From Octopus sinensis (taxonomy: Eukaryota), in NCBI RefSeq assembly GCF_006345805.1, contig NC_042998.1, positions 178,870,001 to 178,934,000 on the forward strand: 64,000 nucleotides of DNA, in the 5' to 3' direction. A program made the position numbers and the translations under genes. Positions 61,037 through 64,000 of this stretch are shown here, piece after piece (position 1 is the stretch's first letter; each line of letters opens with the position of its first letter). The notes beneath the pieces were generated by a model that saw only the letters and a program-made list of their open reading frames with translations, was not told where the DNA came from and did not search any database.

Positions 61037-61248
61037 GTTCTGAGCTAAATCCCTCTTCCTCAATTGAAGAGACAGCTGAGAAAAGGTTGCAGTATTACTT
61101 AGGAGGAGTATTTTCACATATTGAACTTCTTAAGATACACATGAAAGACTTGAACTCTAAATTTACTGAAAACACAAATTCGTACTTATTAATGATGGAC
61201 CATATTACCGACCTTCTTAATGAAGATGTGATTCTATCTGCCTTTTAA
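61037..61248 (+). CDS. SIMC1: Terminal coding exon of the SIMC1-like gene
   Basis: Strong acceptor ttttcttgttttctttgtag; phase 1 matches the 47898 donor; open 69 codons to TAA; helical FSHIELLKIHM..NSYLLMMDHI. Small intervening exons are not excluded. Confidence 0.65.
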
Positions 61249-61649
61249 TTATTGTATAGCTAATTTCTTTTTCATAACATATAAGTTTCTGGTAAATGAT
61301 ATTGGTGAATAACAACAATCTGAATAATATATATCTATATTGTTGATGTCATAAGTATGATGTAGATATACAGACACATACATATATAAGAAAAGGAAAG
61401 TAGTTAGGATCTGGATAAAAGCTATTTAGCATGTTCATCCCTTTTAAGGGATTCATCCATATATATATAAATTTCATTTATGTATATATATGAATTTCAG
61501 CTGCTGTGAAACATGGGATTAAGAAACCTAGAGTAGAGCTGGAGTGAAGCTTCAGCTTCAAATATATGAATAAACTCTACTTCATGTATTAAGTAATCTT
61601 TATTGTTAGCTCCGTTTACTTTAAGGCCTTTTGATTACAGGTTTTGTTT

Positions 61650-62500
61650 CTATGCCTGGAAGTTCTCCTTTAAATCTTCTACAGATTCAGCTATAAGAAC
61701 CAGCTCATCAGCAACATAAGGGTTTGCATGGGCAGCTAGTCTTCAACTCCTGTGACATGACTCTTATCTGTTATTTCCCCACTATGTGACAATCAGGACT
61801 GACTTAAGTGACCTTGAATGTTTCTCAAACTTATCAAGAGGTTTCTCTCACTTCACTTTCTGGCTCAGAGGAAAGGGCAGTCTTGCTGTTGAGTCTGTTT
61901 AAGATGGACTTTCTCTCTCTCTCACACACACATTTTCCACACTGGAAAGCCTCTTTCTTTTTGGTGTCAATAAGAGCAAGTGCACCATTATCATTTCATA
62001 CATACTTCTCAACATCGTGATTCTTACCTGAGAGAGACAAGGTGGGGTTGTTAAGTGTATCAATAATGCTATATTCAAAAGCCTTAATAGAGTCTCACTC
62101 CATTTGTTGGTTTGGTATATAGCAGTTGTCTTCTTGTGATCATGTCCTTGGAGACTGGTGTTGTTTTTTGTACTGACAATGTATTCCCAATTTAATCACC
62201 AACATCAAGTAGAACTGGTTTACATTATCATCAGTAGCAGTTCCAGCTGCCTTCATAACCTAAACACCACTAGCTAACACATTGCTGTCACTTGATTGGC
62301 TGGTCATTCTTTTTAGTGTATTTGAGGAAGACCTCTCTTTGTTGTGTTGCTCTCATCCATCAACCTCTTTTAATAGCACTTCTGTGCTTCTTTCAGCACC
62401 ACTAAGAGTAAATCTCCCATTATATTTCTGTATACTCTTCTCCCGATTTTTTCTTGCCTACTGCCTTGCAATCCATAATAACTATTTGAATAAATATTTG
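61650..62500 (-). mobile_element. Highly degraded RTE RT fragment
   Basis: PYVADELVLIAESVEDLKENFQA-like remnant. Confidence 0.55.
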
Positions 62501-62599
62501 GCAAAGGTGGAAACAGGCTTGTCACTCAAATAAATGCTACAGGAAGCTAAAGAACCCTTCACATGGTCAGAGATTTAGGGACATCCTCATCAAGAAATT

Positions 62600-64000
62600 T
62601 TGATGAGAAGGAGGAGGAGCTTCAGACATCGGACATAGAAGGTAGCAAAAGTTAGAATCAAAGAGTAAATGTAGCAATGACCAAAGTTATAGTAAGCAGA
62701 AAGGCGAACTCAGCACAACACCCCCTCGGGCAGGTGGCCCTGCTCGATCTGTAGGAAAGGTGTAGGTAGAAACTCCATAAGATGCACCCAATGTAAGCTA
62801 TGGACGCATAAGAGGTGCAGCAACATCAAAGGGAAATTAACTGATAAGATAGCTTTCATGTACGGCAGATGCACAGGGACAATAGACACCACAGACACTC
62901 AGAAAACAGATTCCATCACACTCCAGGGGGAGAAACTAGAAGTAGTTGATAGTTTCCGCTACCTGGGTGACCAAGTTAGTAGTGGAGGTGGATGCTCAGA
63001 GAGTGTCACCACTAGAATACGAATAGCCTGGACAAAGTTCAGAAAGCTCCTACCCCTACTGGCGACAAAGGGTCTCTCGCTCAGAGTGAAAGGTATATTG
63101 TATGATGCATGTGTGTGAACTGCCATGCTTCACGGTAGTGAAACATGGGCTGTGACTGCAGAGGACATGCGTAGACTTGAAAGAAATGAAGCTAGCATGA
63201 TCCGCTGGATGTGTAATGTCAGTGTGCACGCACGACAGAGTGTAAGCACCCTGAGAGAAATGCTGGACATAAGAAGCATCAGATGTGGTGTGCAAGAGCG
63301 ACGCTTGCGATGGTATGGTCATGTACTGCGGATGGATGAGGAGAGATGTGTGAAGAAGTGCCACTCCCAAACAGTTGAAGGTATCAGGGGGAGAGGTAGA
63401 CCCAGGAAGACATGGGATGAGGTAGTCAAGCATGACCTCAGATCGTTGGGCCTCACTGAGGCAATGGTGAAGGACCGAGATCTCTGGAGATATGCTGTGA
63501 CTGCAAAGACCCGGGCTGCTTCCTGCACCAGTCCCACATAGCCCCTGCCCATTCAAAGTACTCTGGATTCCAGAACATCCCGCTGTGCTTGAGGAGACCT
63601 GTTGAGTCAAGTACATGAACATGAACATCGAAATAAATATCAATGGAAATAGTAGTTGTGATACCTGTGCTGGTGGCACATAAAAAGCACCATCCGAATG
63701 TGACCGTTGCCAGCCCCGCCTCGACTGGCTTCTGTGCCGGTAGCACATAAAAAGCACCATCCGAACGTGTCCGATGCCAGCGCCGCCCCGACTGGCTTCT
63801 GTGTTGGTGGCACATAAAAAGCACCGTCCGAACATGGCTGATGCCAGCGCTGCCTCAACTGGCTCCAGTACCGGTGGCACATAAAAAGCACCATCCGAAC
63901 GTGACCATTGCCAGCGCCGCCTTGGCTGGCTTCCGTGCCGGTGGCACGTTAAAAGCTCCAACCGATCGTGGCCGATGCCGGCCCCCCCCCCCCTGGCACC
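62600..64000 (+). mobile_element. RTE LINE 3' portion running off the window end
   Basis: WPCSICRKGVGRNSIRCTQC; RRLRWYGHVLRM; GRGRPRKTW; then 3'UTR tandem array. Confidence 0.92.
63666..63958 (+). repeat. 67-nt tandem array (five units visible) in the RTE 3'UTR, each with a predicted H-type pseudoknot
   Basis: Units start at 63666, 63733, 63800, 63867 and 63934; consensus UGUGC-C-GGUG-GCACA-UAAAAAG-CACC. Confidence 0.9.

Noticed and set aside
63666-63958. CRISPR-like appearance of the 67-nt array
   Set aside because: The inter-motif segments are homologous to each other rather than unique spacers, the context is eukaryotic LINE UTR, and no cas genes are present.

Overview
AT-rich, microsatellite-laden animal genomic DNA. 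The repeat families (tRNA-derived CORE-type and Nin/Deu-domain SINEs, RTE LINEs with (GAT)n tails) point to an octopod cephalopod, which is an inference from family recognition. Most of the window is transposon-derived: Penelope-like elements (PLEs), RTE, CRE, R4/Dong, Tx1/L1 and CR1/L2 non-LTR fragments, an integrase-deleted Gypsy element, a solo LTR, hAT, mariner, piggyBac-, pogo- and Merlin-type DNA elements, and non-autonomous Helitrons. One host gene is well supported: a plus-strand SIMC1-like gene (SUMO-interacting motifs plus Nse5-like domain) with coding exons 46581-47898 and 61037-61248, about 509 aa. The most interesting signals are at RNA level. (1) Hammerhead ribozyme motifs of five sequence families occur at PLE-type termini, including a recurrent non-canonical CUGUNGA core, a 640-nt retrozyme-like tandem and a sense-strand intronic copy. 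(2) A variable-copy 67-nt tandem array in the RTE 3'UTR has an H-type pseudoknot in each unit. (3) A PHD finger is embedded in the RTE ORF. (4) Several long intronic hairpins are present. A 5-kb palindrome (38545-43620) may be a long-read assembly artefact. All calls were made by eye with no database searches; element boundaries without TSDs are approximate.
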